Of a stretch of 64,000 bases of DNA, positions 14,638 to 28,684 are shown in pieces. The stretch spans positions 20,150,001-20,214,000 of the forward strand of contig OX597822.1 of the NCBI GenBank assembly GCA_951406725.2, written 5' to 3'. Made by a program: the position numbers and the translations under genes. Within the stretch, counting starts at the first letter, position 1. Every line of letters starts with the position of its first letter. The notes beneath the pieces are model-generated. The model did no database searches. It was not told the origin of the DNA and was given only the letters and a program-made list of their open reading frames with translations. Source of the DNA: Octopus vulgaris (lineage: Eukaryota).

Positions 14638-14741
14638 TCTTCTTCTTCTTCTTCTTCTTCTTCTTCTTCTTCTTCTTCTTCTTCTTCTTCTTCTTCTTCT
14701 TCTTCTTCTTCTTCTTCTTCTTCTTCTTCTTCTTCTTCTTC
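14638..14741. repeat. (TTC)n microsatellite
   Basis: Direct reading. Confidence 0.95.
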
Positions 14742-14969
14742 TATAGAAATATATATTTAAAAAAAACATTTCATTTGATTTTTCCACAATTTAATTGTTT
14801 TTCATACTTTACTCTAAGTTGAAAAAGTCACAATGACTGAAAGTCACAATGACTGAAACCGGTACTAAAATTCCTTCATGATAAAATTATTTAGTATTTT
14901 CTACTTTTCTGTCTTACTTTCCTTATATACATACATACATACATACATACGTACATACATACACACACA

Positions 14970-15107
<138 letters not shown>

Positions 15108-15340
15108 TACTATTATTATTATTTCTAAATCTCTCAAAGAAAGATATTCAGTAACAGTTCTTTAAAGTAAAGACTATTTGCCTACATGATGTGACTGTCC
15201 TGGAATGGACGATTTTTATTGTTGTTTAGTCCCAGGAAACATCGTTTCCAGCTGGCTATAGGACACAATATCTGTGTCCTTATATTTTGGCGGACAGAAT
15301 CATTGTGGAAGCCAGTCGTATACATATATGTATAAATATG

Positions 15341-15453
<113 letters not shown>

Positions 15454-15941
15454 ATGTATGGATGTGTGAGTCTTTGTGTTTACCTCCTCTAATACTTCAC
15501 AAACGGTGTTGGATTTTTTATGATCTCTTAACTTAGCAGTTTGGAAAAGTAAGCGACAGAATGAGTGACATAAGTGAAAATAGTACTGGGGCGATTTGTC
15601 CGATTAAACGTCCATATTGTACTATGGCCCCAGCATGGCCATAGTACAATAAATTAAAAAGAAACAAACAGTTACTGTGAAACATTTGACTTGGTGTCCT
15701 ACCATCAAATTTACCATTCCACTGTAGTAATGTCTGAGATCATTGATGAATATATCAGCAACTAATATCCCCAGGCAATTCAATAATGTATTGATTAGAA
15801 TAAAGCATTACAAGCCAAAGAGATGTCGCCTACAAGCTGGAGATCGAGCCGTAAGAAATAGCTGTCAAATTTCCGTAATATCACACACTAAACTCTAAAA
15901 AGAAGTGACGCATTTAAATTATACATAACCAGATATAATTG

Positions 15942-16137
15942 CGAAGGAGTGCTGAAAAGTTTCTGGGTTTTGATAAAAGGAAATACAAGCGGATAAGTTA
16001 ATTATGATTTCATTCAACATATTCCTCTTCCAAATTCATCCATTTATTGCTGCACTCCTTCAGGTTTTCTAAACCCTGTAAAAGAACACGGAAGGCTGGG
16101 TCTCCAACCAGGCCAGAAACTTACTAGCAGCCCCTCG
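15942..16137 (-). mobile_element. mariner-derived MITE (~196 bp)
   Basis: Imperfect TIRs cgaaggagtgctgaaaagtttctgg / ccagaaacttactagcagcccctcg followed by TA; internal ttcaacatattcc is the reverse of the transposase end EYVE. Confidence 0.75.
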
Positions 16138-16224
16138 TATGTCTGGTTCGAATGGTTTTAGGCAGAGATCTGCTGAATAATAACTAAGTCATCGATGTTA
16201 GTAAACTATCTCACAGACTAAATT

Positions 16225-16390
16225 GTTGATTTCAAATTTTGGTACCAGGCCAACAATTCCGGGGGGAAGGGCTAGTCGATTATATCGACCCAAGTGCTAA
16301 ACTGGTACTTATTTTATAAATCCCGAAAGAAATGAAAGACGAAGTCGACCTGGGCGGAATTTGAATTCAGAACGTAAAGGCAGACGAAAG
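16225..16390 (-). mobile_element. SINE family B copy
   Basis: Reverse complement of the 54185-54385 type sequence. Confidence 0.8.
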
Positions 16391-16774
16391 GCCATATTTT
16401 ATTCGGCGTGGAGTAATACTAAAATCTACGGATTTCAAATTTTATCCTACCGAGTTAGACTGACCAGGTGCATAAATAACAACAGCACTAATAACCATTG
16501 CTCGGACGAACAAAATAAAAGAACACAAAAACAGACAAATAAACAAGTAATCACCCACGTAAGCTAATACAGTACGGTGGTTATTTGTATGTGATTGATA
16601 AAGGCGGCGAGGTGGCAGAATCATTAGAACGTCGAGTAAAATACTCAGCAGCCTTTCCTGTTTGTTTTCACCGTCCTGTTTGTGTTATCTATTTTGAACC
16701 TCCAAAAAATCCCAAATTTTATTTAATTTGCTTTGCGGGAGCAACTGTTTTATCGAAAACGTATATCGCTTTTA

Positions 16775-16945
16775 AATACTCGAAATACGAGACTACAAAA
16801 ACAGCCAACAACTGATGAAGGGTCGTTCATTATGTTTGTTTCGTTTACCATTTGTGTCTTTCGTTGTTCGAAAGAATAGTTCATGTTCCATGTACTCGTG
16901 CTTCGTACTTTTTTGTTGTACACGTTTCATGACGTCCTCTGCCCA
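16775..16945 (+). mobile_element. Short non-coding element with CTGATGAAG...TTCGAAAG; related copy on the minus strand at ~14200-14345
   Basis: Shared motifs caactgatgaag, ttcgttgttcgaaa and gtcct..tac between the two loci; both abut (TA)-rich tracts. Confidence 0.55.
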
Positions 16946-16982
16946 CATATACATATATACGTATAGATGTATGCACATATCC

Positions 16983-17025
<43 letters not shown>

Positions 17026-17026
<1 letters not shown>

Positions 17027-17419
17027 TAGCTGTATCGCCAGCGTTGCTCGGGTTTGTAAGGGAAATAACTATATAAGCATTTTTAGTGAGTTATAGCAAA
17101 AAAATAGCAAAAAATGCATTAAAAATGGAATAAAAAATGATGGTAATTTTTTTTAAATCTTTGACTCATCGTAGACATTTTTAGAGAGTTACTTCCCTTA
17201 TATAATAGCGAAAAAATGCATTAAAATGGAAAAAATGATGGTAAATATTAAAAAAAATCGTAGATTCATTGTAGACGCGCGCTAATACCCAGAAGGGCTC
17301 GATATGAATCACAACTATAAGATACCCGGTTTTGGTTAAACTGCACCGCAAAATGTGGGAGTAGTTAGGAATCTAAATCGTAGGAGACAGACACACAACT
17401 TCACTTTTATATATAAAGA
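17026..17419 (-). mobile_element. Non-autonomous Helitron
   Basis: Minus strand begins A|TC (TCTTTATATATAAAAG) and ends with GC-rich subterminal ccgagcaacgctggcg then CTAG|T. Confidence 0.85.
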
Positions 17420-17766
17420 TTTGTGCAACAACTAAAACATTCGGTTGTGCAAATTGTTTGCACAGGAAACCTGCCCTGTGTGGCGGTTTTTGCCGTTTTT
17501 GTGGATCTGTTTCAGCTTTTTTAGCGATTTCTGTTTTGGCGACTTCAAGCCATGAAGTCGTAGTGCTAAAAGAACGCTGGTCTCCTTGACAACGCTTTAC
17601 GACGTTGATTTCCCTACCCTGCCTTCCCCGCTGCTTCACGAGGGAGGGAAGAAGGGGAGGAGCTACACAGGTGCAGATGCGAGTATGAACGCCAACGCCG
17701 CCACTGACACACGAACAAATTGGAAGAACCCAGACGACAGCTTCAGCCACCACCACCACCACCACC

Positions 17767-17797
<31 letters not shown>

Positions 17798-18078
17798 CCA
17801 CCACCACCACCACAAACACGACGACCACCATCGCCACCACCATCATGAAGACCACCACGATCACGACCACCACCACCATCATCACCACCACCACCACCAC
17901 CACCACCATCATCACCCCACCACCACCACCACAAACAACAACAACAACACCACCACCACAAACACGACGAACCACCACTACCACAAACACGACGACCACC
18001 ATCGCCACCACCATCACGAAGACCACGACGACGACGACGACCACCACCACCACCATCATCACCACCCCTACCACCACC

Positions 18079-18109
<31 letters not shown>

Positions 18110-18620
18110 CCACCACCACCACAAACACGACAACCACCACGACCACGACCACCATCACCACTACCAGCACCACCGCCACCACTGCTGCCACTACCACCGC
18201 CTCCACCACCACCATAATATGCCTCTGCTCTCTCCTTTTGGCTACTAAATCCATTACCATATTTCACAAGTACCATCACCATACAATATTACCTTCAAAA
18301 GTTTGTGTTTGGATAATATTTTTTAAGTAAAAGTTGTGCAACAACTAAAACATTCGGTTGTGCAAATTTTTGCACGGGAAACCTTCCCTGTGTGGCGTGT
18401 TTCCCGATTTTGTAGAATTTGCTTTCGGGCTTTCTTAGCCATTTCTGTTTTGGTGTCTTCAAGCCATGAAGTCGTTGTTCTAAAAGAATACCCAGACGGG
18501 CTCGATATGAATCACGACTATAAGATACCCGAATTTGGTTAAACTGCACCGCAAAATGTGGGAGTAGTTAGGAATCTAAATCGTAGGAGACAGACACTCA
18601 CACAACTTCACTTTTATATA
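17420..18620 (-). mobile_element. Helitron-derived composite segment with duplicated module and (CAC)n tract
   Basis: Module ttgtgcaacaactaaaacattcggttgtgcaaat occurs at 17421 and 18334; 18490-18620 repeats the Helitron 5' part of 17285-17415; no CTAG end of its own. Confidence 0.7.
17746..18212. repeat. Imperfect (CAC/GAC/AAC)n trinucleotide array
   Basis: Direct reading; source of poly-His/Thr/Val/Gly ORFs. Confidence 0.95.
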
Positions 18621-18714
<94 letters not shown>

Positions 18715-18715
<1 letters not shown>

Positions 18716-19220
18716 TAGCAGTATCGCCCGGCGTTGCTCGGGTTTGTAAGGGAAATAACTATATAAGCATTTTTAGAGATTTACTTCCCTTATAAATTCG
18801 GGCTTTCTTAGCCATTTTTGTTTTGGTGTCTTCAAGCCATGAAGTCGTTGTTCTAAAAGAACGCTGGTTTCCTTCACAACGCATTACGACGTTGATTTCT
18901 TTACACTCCCTTCCCCACAGCTTCACGAGGGAGGGAAGGGGCAGAAGCAAACAGGTGCAGCTGTGAGCGTGGACGCCAACTCCGCCGCCATCGACACACG
19001 ATGCATTTTATGCATTAAAATGGAATAAAAAATGATGTTAAATTATTTTTAAAATCGTAGACTCATCGTTGACGCGCGCTAATAGTCAGACGGGCTCGAT
19101 ATTAATCACGACTATAAGATAGCCGAATTTGGTTAAACTGCACCGCAAAATGTGGGAGTAGTTAGGAATCTAAATCGAAGGAGACAGACACTCACACAAC
19201 TAGAGTTTTATACATATAGA
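18715..19220 (-). mobile_element. Non-autonomous Helitron, same family as 17026-17419
   Basis: Minus strand A|TC start, hairpin cccgagcaacgccggg, CTAG|T end, inserted in (TA)n. Confidence 0.85.
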
Positions 19221-19260
19221 TATGTATTATATTATATTATATTATATTATATTATATATG

Positions 19261-19311
<51 letters not shown>

Positions 19312-19571
19312 TTAAATAATGAGGGTGATAAATTGAATATTAATTTAATTAACATCAATTTAAATTCAGTAGCCTAGCATATACAAAAATCTGAAAATTC
19401 AGAAAAATTGTAATACATACGTATAATACATACGTAACATCGTCCGTGGACTCTTCAGTGCGATCATCTAATTCAATATAATATGCAGAACTATATACTT
19501 GTCCTCATAAAATTAGACGTATGTATAGTTCTACTGATAACATTGAGGTTATTTTCAAATGCCTCGGAGAG

Positions 19572-19602
<31 letters not shown>

Positions 19603-20795
19603 TCTTCTGTCTTCACTATTTTACGCTTTTACGCCATTTGGGTTCAACTCTCCTCCCCTCTTCATCTAACCTCCTTCCCGACTCCTACTTCTCTTCACTC
19701 CTACATCTCTTCACTCCTACATCTCTTCACCCCTACTCTCTTTCCTTATTCTCTCTTACTCTCTTTCTCTCTTCTCTCTTACTCTCTTTCTCTCTTCTCT
19801 CTTTCTCTCTGCTCCCTCACTCTCCTTCTCTCCTCTCTCTTTCCCTCCCTCCTACTTCCTCCCACCCAACTCTCCTCTCTTGACCCGTCTCCTACTTCTC
19901 TTTACTCCTACTCCTCTTCACTCCTACTTCTCTCTTCTCTCCTACTCTTTTTCTCTCACCTCTTTCCCTCTTCCCTCTTATTCTCTTTCTCTCTTCTCTC
20001 TTACTCTGTTTCTCTCTTCCCTCTTTCTCTCTTCTCTCCCTTATTCTCTTTCTCTCTTTTCTCTTACTCTTTCACCCTCTCGTTCTCTCTTCTCTCTTAC
20101 TCTCTTTCTCTCTTCTCTCTTACTCTCTTTCTCTCTTCTCTTCTCTCTCACCTCACATAAACATTTTCCCCTCCCCCCACAAGCCCACCCACCCCTACAC
20201 ATTCCTACTCCACCTTCTCTATCCTTCCCATTCCCCATCCCGTCCCCCATACTATCCCACACACCCTCTCCCACATACCCCACATCTACCCCACCCTCAG
20301 CCGAACCCACACCCTACCCGTGTTTTCCCCACTCTCGCTTCCCCCACCTCCCAACATCACACCACACCACACTACACCATACAACATTACACATCACATC
20401 ACAACACACTACCCAGACACCCATCCCCACATTTACACCCCTACACATACATACACGCACACGTCCAGACCACCAGACCACCAGCCCTCTTTCACATGCA
20501 CATACATACTCTCATATACACACACGCACCTTCGTGTTGGGGGTTATCTTTACCTTGTTATCTCTCCTACTTTCCTTCTCGTGTGTGATCCTTTTTCCCG
20601 AGTCAGTCGCCATGATAGATCATTAGCCGCTACACACATTTTTTTTCTCTCCTTGTTTTTTCCGTGTCCCTTTCTGTAGAAGAGAGTAGGCTCGAAACGT
20701 AAAAGACTTTTTCTATTCCTGAGCGTTATACTAATACATCTGTTTGTTTTGTACATCACCTGTCTTCGTCTTTTGTTTTTTTCGTAAACTCTCCC
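19603..20795 (+). mobile_element. ~1.2-kb non-coding element with CT-rich interior and hammerhead-like 3' module
   Basis: Bounded by (TA)n on both sides; 20670-20705 has hammerhead architecture followed by tcctgagcgt, as in the 33648-33822 element. Confidence 0.6.
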
Positions 20796-21315
20796 TATAT
20801 ATATATATATATATATATGAAACACACACACACAGATAAATGTAATTCTTTTGTCAAATAAATTGCACTTCACATTTGAGGCTCCGATGAAGCTATAAGA
20901 TGTTATTCACACACTCAGCTGTGTGCTCACTGCATCTTAAGGTAGAAACAGCAGTTAGCTAATGGAGTTCATTAGATATTCGTTTGTTCCTTTATTGTCT
21001 TATTTTCTTATATTTATATATAACAAATATAATCTCCATGAGACCACTCATGATGTGATGTATCCTCCGACATCCTGTTATGAACGACCGACAGTCTCGA
21101 AGTAGACTGGTCAGTTAGGCTGGAGTAAGTCTGTGTCTGTAGACAATGTTCACTTAATATCAAATTAGTCTGCTTTTGATTCTCTGTCACTCTAAGCTCT
21201 TGTGCCCATATAACATACAAGATTTTATTCAAGATCAGCGAAATGTTAGCTATAATGATACATGCATACGCACATATACACATTGTGCACACACATGTAT
21301 AACTACATACACACT

Positions 21316-21367
<52 letters not shown>

Positions 21368-21742
21368 GTATATATAATTAAAATATATATATGTACATAT
21401 ATACATACGCGTACACATACACATATATACATATAGACGTATATATAATACTGTAAATTTAAAAGCATAATTTCAAACTTTCAGAAGTAGATTTTCACAT
21501 AGAAAGAGTGAATAGAACCGCCTACAGGACTGGAGTCACGTATATATCATATACCGGACGACCACCTTTTACATTACATCAGAGACACTCGAAACGTACT
21601 CACCCATTAAATTAGAAAATTGAAGTTCGGAATACACACCCAAACACACACACACGCACACACACACATATACGTACATTGATTTATGTCGGTGTGTATA
21701 TGGGTGCGTATGTTTGTGTGTTTGTGTGTATGTATATGTGCG

Positions 21743-21795
<53 letters not shown>

Positions 21796-21962
21796 TAACA
21801 AGATAGTAAGAGTGATAGAGAAACCTCCTTTTAATTCTGTTGCAATTCCTATTATTTAATTTTGGTTTGATCGCCTCCTACTGTGTTACACGAAATATAC
21901 AAATACAGATAAAGTATTATACGTGATAAACGCGCATACACACGCAGATACACATATGTAAG

Positions 21963-22006
<44 letters not shown>

Positions 22007-22098
22007 GTAAAAAAAAAAAAAAAAATATATATATATACAAACATATACATACATAGACATGAACAAACACTTACAAGTGTGTACGTATATATGTATGT

Positions 22099-22138
<40 letters not shown>

Positions 22139-22511
22139 ACATACACAAACACTTACAGGTGTGTACTCATGCTTATATATTTATATGTATACTACTCTTT
22201 CACACATACTATTAAGAGAGTCATTGTGCGACGATAGGATTGGATTATTAGAAAAGAGAGCTTTTAGAAAACATGCATGTTTACCTTGCAGTGAGATAAA
22301 ATATTATCTTTCTCAAAACTACATTCTCTTATAACTATGTTGTTATAAGACTGCATTGTCCTAATTCAGCATAAAGTTTATCTTTCGCCTTGTACCATTA
22401 TCTCCACAAATCTTCCTTTCCCTGTGGGTAAGTAAGAAATCTTCAGTTTCTGTCTGCATTTCGAGATAAATAACAGTGTGTAAGACGATTTTCGTCCTGT
22501 ATAACGACTGT

Positions 22512-22905
22512 TATTTCCTAGTTGCTTACCTCTAGAAATTATGAAAAATGGCTAATATTTCCTTCAAACTTTGCTTTTGTCACATTTATTCAAACCCAAA
22601 TCAACATATGGCTGATACTTCCCCACTGGTCCTGGTCGTGATCAAAGATATGCATATTGTCAGCCACTAAATGACATGCTCAAGTGATTAAAGTCAAGCA
22701 AATGACAGGCAAATCTGTGGTATTGAGCAGAATACTTGCTATAACGATATTTCTGCTTTAGCAAATCAGCGGCGGTGAATCTGTCTGAAATGTAATGGAA
22801 AATTGGTCAGCTTCAAAACATTGATCTCTATGTAACAAAAGCAAAGTTTGAAGAGATTAGTAGTGATTTTCTTTAATTTCTAGATAGAAGAAAATAGGAA
22901 ACTAC
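22512..22905. mobile_element. TIR element (MITE-like) with ~75-bp imperfect inverted ends, containing a family C fragment
   Basis: tctagaaatta...ttcaaactttgcttttgtcacat vs atgtaacaaaagcaaagtttgaa...taatttctaga; 22585-22742 matches the interior of 48403-48948. Confidence 0.7.
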
Positions 22906-23809
22906 ACTTACTAACCAAAGACAAACATGACATAAAATAAAATAAAATAAGAATCTTGTTACACAGTGTGGTTATTGTTAGCAAATAGCATTTACATGAC
23001 GAATTGGCCTGCCCATTGAATTTGCATAAAGGCGTGTGAGTGACCCACGGGACGTGTAAACATAGTGTCATTTTCAGGCACAATCGGTGCAAGACATCCG
23101 ATACACTTCCATACAGTTTTCGTATATCCAATTTCACCTACAACCTATAGGGAGATTCGAAGGTGTAGGAAATAAGGTCCACCAAAGATGACACGAAGTG
23201 GGAATCGAACTCGTGACTACGAAGTTGAAAAGCGAACTTCTTAACTATTTCCCCACCAATACATCAATTAATTAATTGATTAATTAATAATATACATACA
23301 TACACACGTACGTACATACATACATACATACATACATACATACATACATACATACATACATGGTGGCTACTCCATCTTCACAGGTGATTGTCGTCTCCTT
23401 GTGCTTTCTCGTTGTCAATGGCATTTCTAGCTTTCCGTCCATGACCTCTCATATGGCTGTTCGTTCCCACTGCAGATCTGCGTGGTGTGAAGTATAGGTG
23501 ACACAGGAAAGCTACAAATTATTCTGCGCTTCCAGCCGGTTAGATCAGCACATAAGTTTACTCTTCGATTGCCATAGGACTTTCAGTGGATGAAATGACA
23601 AATGAGGTCAATATAAAGTGACATCTGCACGTCATTGGATTATTATGATAAACGCTTATACAACACAATAATCACTCTCTGTGTGATTAGTACCTGAAGA
23701 CGAGCGAAATGACCAGTAATCACGTGAAATTGCAGGTTTTACATACACATACATACATACATACATGCATACATACATACATACATGACTGCATGCATAC
23801 ATACATACA

Positions 23810-23842
<33 letters not shown>

Positions 23843-23861
23843 GCATACAAACATATATAGG

Positions 23862-26430
23862 TATCACACAGAGAGATGAAGAAGGAAAATATTACCGTTA
23901 GGAAATCCACCACCCAAGAAGATCTTGAATCGTTCTGGTTGAAAATCTGGAATGAAAAGAGGGATCTCAACCTGAATGCATCGGGACTAAATGCAGTAAG
24001 GAGAGAATACTGCACCAACATCAACAATAAAACATTTGCAACTGACCCGGGAACCTTCACCATAGCTGTAGGCAAACAACATAATGGGAAGGCACCTGGA
24101 AAGGACCTAATAGTTGGGTACTGGCTTAAGAGGCTGACATTTTATATGAAACCACTAATAAGTATATTGAAAAGTATTACGGAAGGTCAGATTGACATAA
24201 CAAATTGGCTTGCTGTAGCACAGGCAAATCTTGTTGCCAAGAATGCAACCACCGAGTTGGTTAAAAAATATAGGACCTTAGCTTGCTTAAACATTATATG
24301 CAAACTGTACACAGACTGTCTCAATCAATCCCCCAGGGTCATTGTAAGTTTAAAAACATTGTGATTGATGAGCAGTCCGGTGGAAAGAAAGGTGTGTGCA
24401 GGTGTGCGAACAACTTTCAATAAACAAAGCTGTACTGTCTGAAGTAAAAACAAAAGAAAAACATCGGAGGAGCCTTACAACAGTATGACTTGATCATAGG
24501 TATTTATTTGACTGTATTTTCATTCATAGCTGCTGAAGTATCTCCAGTTGGCAAAAGTGCTTGCTATCTTAATTGTTGCCATTGAGAGGCTCACAAAGAC
24601 CTGAGAAACAATTCTTACACTTAGAACAAAGGGCGAAACGATCGTTTCTAAATTTCATAAGGGAATATTTTAAGGAAAGTGTCTTTCTTTAATTCTGTTC
24701 ATTTTGTTACTAAATCCATTATCATTCCTGCTACAAAAATGAAATGGCTATATGCTAGGGTCTGCAACTGCTAGAGATAATAATGTAATCCATAATTTGA
24801 CTTAAAGTTTTTAGCTAAAAATGTTAACAATGCCAAAACACAACTGGAGTTAATAACAAAATTTTCAGCTGACACAGTAGTATTTGACCAAAAGAAAATA
24901 TTATATTTGATTATTGAACCTTGAAAATCAGTCTCCCAGATCCAAAACCTGTGCATCAATGGCTTCTGTCTCTCCTATCCAACACAAAGAATGTTAAAAT
25001 TACCTAGGCTTTGATGAAAATATCATACAAATGTAGCGTGAGTAAAAATTGAGTGACCTGAGAATATTATGCCAGACCTTGGAAAATGTGGCAGTCAGAA
25101 CTCTCTTTTTACAATAAGAAAATATCCCATAATACATTTGCTGTATCAGTGCTGGTTCCAACATTCGGAATGCTTGACAGGTTTGTAAAAGAAATCCACC
25201 TAATAGACGTTAAAACCCGCAAGATACTGACATCAACTGAAAATATCCACAGGAATAGTGATATGGAGTGGCTCTTCCTAAGAAGATATAAAGGAAGTAG
25301 AGGTTTGAAATCAGAGTAGACAGGCGTCGAATGACTAAACAACGGTAGAAAAAAGAAGTGCATTGACTTAGTGTTAAAAAGTGAAAAGAACAATAACGTG
25401 CGTGTCGGCAGCGAGCTTCTCAGGAAGCACTCTCTTCTTCATGATCCCCCATGCAACCCCAAAGTGGCCGGACTAAAATACCTGAAAGGAAACTTAGATG
25501 TGAAATGCTCCGTATACAAAAAACGAAACAGAAAGAAACAAAACAAATAAAAGAAACAAAAATAATCATTTATGGCTATGTTTCCCGCAGACTTGGAGTA
25601 GACACTAATATTGATATAAAGTGAAGAGTCTTGGACTCGTGACCATTTCGAAGGTTACGAGTTTGCAATCCAAGAATACAAGATTGCTGCTGAATACTTA
25701 ATAAACAAAAGAGACAGCGAAACACCTGGAGTTCCAGCATGCAATCAAACATGTAGATTATATCATATTTCTGGGAAAGTCATCACACATGTGATTTGCA
25801 GCTGCCCCAAAATATAATCAAAGTACTACTTCCCTATGCGATACGACGTTGCCATAAAAACAGTATGCAATGCCATATGGAAAAAGACTATCCTAGAAGA
25901 TATCTAGAGAACTTAGAGCATCCCCCAGTTATCAAATATGTACACAAACATCAAGACGATGAATACTGGTGGAATGTTTCAATCAGAACATCTGCCAAGT
26001 GTAAACAAGAATAGGCTCGATATTGTTATCAGGGATAGACAAGAAGAAGTATGTACCATTGCAGATGCCAGCTGTTCTGCTGATGTTTATATCTCTTTGA
26101 AAACCAAAGAGAAAGAGAATAACTATGAACAACTACTTCAAAACCTGCACTTTATATATCCTGATTAAAAATTTACATTTATACTAATGATAATTGGGGG
26201 ACTTGGTTTTATGAGTAAATGCCAAACAGACAGTCTGGACAAGTTTGGATTTGCAGAAAAAGAAACCAACCAACGGACTCGTAACATTACAAATACAATA
26301 TGTAAGCGAAACAGTAAAACTATGCAGGGCATTCTCAGGCTTAAAATGTGACATCGCTTTCGTTTTGTACATTCCAACGACGGGACTTTGTACCTTTGTT
26401 AGAATTCAGAAGAAGAATCTAAATAATTAA
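23862..26430 (+). mobile_element. Decayed R4/Dong-type non-LTR retrotransposon (RT, CCHC, restriction-like endonuclease), 5'-truncated
   Basis: FWLKIW, GKAPGKDLIVGYWLK, KYRTLACLNIICKLYT; thumb WQSELSFYNK..IDVKTRKILT..KGSRGLKS; CRL...THVICSCPK; EYWWNVSI..NRLDIVIRD..CTIADASC; many stops and frameshifts. Confidence 0.85.
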
Positions 26431-26667
26431 CAATCGAAGAGAACATAGACACACGCGCGCGCATACTTGCACATGCATACATACATACATGCATACATAC
26501 ATACATACATACATTCATACATACAGGCATACATACATACATACATACATACATACATACATACATACATACATACATACATACATACATGCATGCATAC
26601 ATTCATTCATTCATACATACATACATACATACATACATACATACATACATACATACATGCACACACA

Positions 26668-26870
26668 TCTATTATATAAATTGTGCTCTGTGTGTGTAAC
26701 AGATTATAACAGCCGTATTTTTCAACGGATTTTCTCCAAACTGGGAACATACATTATTTATGTTCCAGGGATGGTTTTTGACTCTTAAAATTTTTCACAT
26801 AATTTAATATTTACTTCCGATTTTCTAGCGTTAGTGACGTCCATACCTCTCTATCTAAATTTCTTTGTCC

Positions 26871-26904
<34 letters not shown>

Positions 26905-26966
26905 TTATATCTCTCTATTCATCTCTATATCTATCTATTTCTCAGTATCTAGCTGTCTGTATCCTG

Positions 26967-27031
<65 letters not shown>

Positions 27032-27640
27032 ATCTATCTTATTTGTTTAACTAGCTAGGTCTCTTTCTCTCTCTGCTGCTCTCTCTATATCTCACTCACT
27101 CTCTATTGTTTTCACTGTCATTTTCAGACGCTATTGTTTTCACTTTAAGTCCCATCGCTATTGTCTTCACTGTTAGTTTTCAATTGCTATTTACAAACAA
27201 CAATGATAAATTACTAACAGAAAGAAGTTCACAATTACTGATGAAAGTAATTTCATACCTAATCTACTGACAGAAGTAACTTCATAAATTTCACTTCAAT
27301 CTGTACTCTTCGTTAAATTTGCCTATAAATTTCTTATTTACTTTTGCAACGTTTTGTGTGTTTTTGTTATTGGCGGAATTACTGTTAAAGTAAGTTCATA
27401 ATTTACTAACAAGTAATTTAAAAAATTGCACTTCAATCCGTACACTTAGTTAATTTCCCTAAGCATTTCTTATTTACTTTTGCTACGTTTTGTGCTTTCT
27501 GTTGATAACGGTTTTTTTCTGGTTCCTTCAATACTGGCTCTTTGGTTCACTGACAAATTTCTCTTCAACTCGTACAATTCTTTATTTTCCATAAATTCTT
27601 ATTTACTTTCTGCACGTCGTATTAAGAAATATTATTTATG
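26668..27640 (+). mobile_element. Non-autonomous Helitron-like element (5' end clear, 3' end not found)
   Basis: A|TCTATTATATAAA start, caacggattttctccaaact motif, internal (TCTA)n and short diverged tandem units. Confidence 0.5.
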
Positions 27641-28404
27641 TTACCCAGTTATTTTCATTGTTTACTATCCTCCTCCTCAAAAATAACAACAACCACAATA
27701 CCAACAACAGTAGTAGCACTATCACTATGGCCACCACTGCCAATAACGCGCCACCACCAGCACACATCTCAATAAGCACCATCGCCATATCATCGTCATC
27801 ATCATCATCTTCATCACCATCAGCAAAAATGTTAACGACGCTGAGGACGACAACAACAATAGCAACAAGAAAAATGTGATACTGACAACTGGTGATTTAG
27901 AATACCAACTGAAGTAGGAATTCTACTAACCCCCAGTTTGTATGTGTATATGCACGTATGTGTGTGTGTGTGTGTGCGCGCGCGCGCATGACCTATTGAG
28001 TCGGCCACGGTAATAAATGAGGTTTTGGAAAACTGTTCAAAATTTGTAACAACTCAGAGATCCCAATCAGCATCATAAAAAATTAGGAATAAATAAATAC
28101 ACATACAATGAAAAAATAGCTGCAAAATAATGATGTTGGAAACTAAAATAAAACAGATAAAATAAATACGAAACATAAAGAAAAATAATGTTAAAATACA
28201 AAGAAGAAAGAAAACGAAAAAATGGCGGAAAGTTGAAAAAGTGCCGTGGGCTATGTTGAATCAGTAAATAAAATAAGCTGATTCGAAATACTGTAGCAGC
28301 CATATTAAAACCATTGCAAACTTTCATATCGCAACACATTAAAATTTAGCATATCACATACATATGTCCATCTAATTTTTCTGATTATTTCTTTATTCGG
28401 TCTT

Positions 28405-28649
28405 GCTGCTGGTGTTGTTGTTGTTGTTGTTGTTGTTGTTGCTGTTCTTTTTCTTTTTCTTTTTCTTTTCTTCTTCTTTTTCTTCTTCGTCTTCTTTCTC
28501 TTCTTCTTTTTCTTCTTCGTCGTCGTCGTCTTCTTCTTCTTCTTCTTCTTCTTCTTCTTCTTCTTCTTCCTTCTCCTCCCATTTCTTTTTCTTGTTCTTC
28601 CTCTTGTTGCCGTTGGTGTTGCTGCTCCTCTTCTTCTTCTTCTTCTTCT

Positions 28650-28684
<35 letters not shown>

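Noticed and set aside
17373-18330. Poly-His, poly-Thr, poly-Val and poly-Gly ORFs (His-rich or mucin-like protein)
   Set aside because: Open in four frames because of the (CAC)n tract; flanks are Helitron sequence; no signal peptide or splice support
19483-20679. Leu/Ser/Pro-rich ORFs of 225 and 248 aa
   Set aside because: CT-rich low-complexity interior of a repeat element
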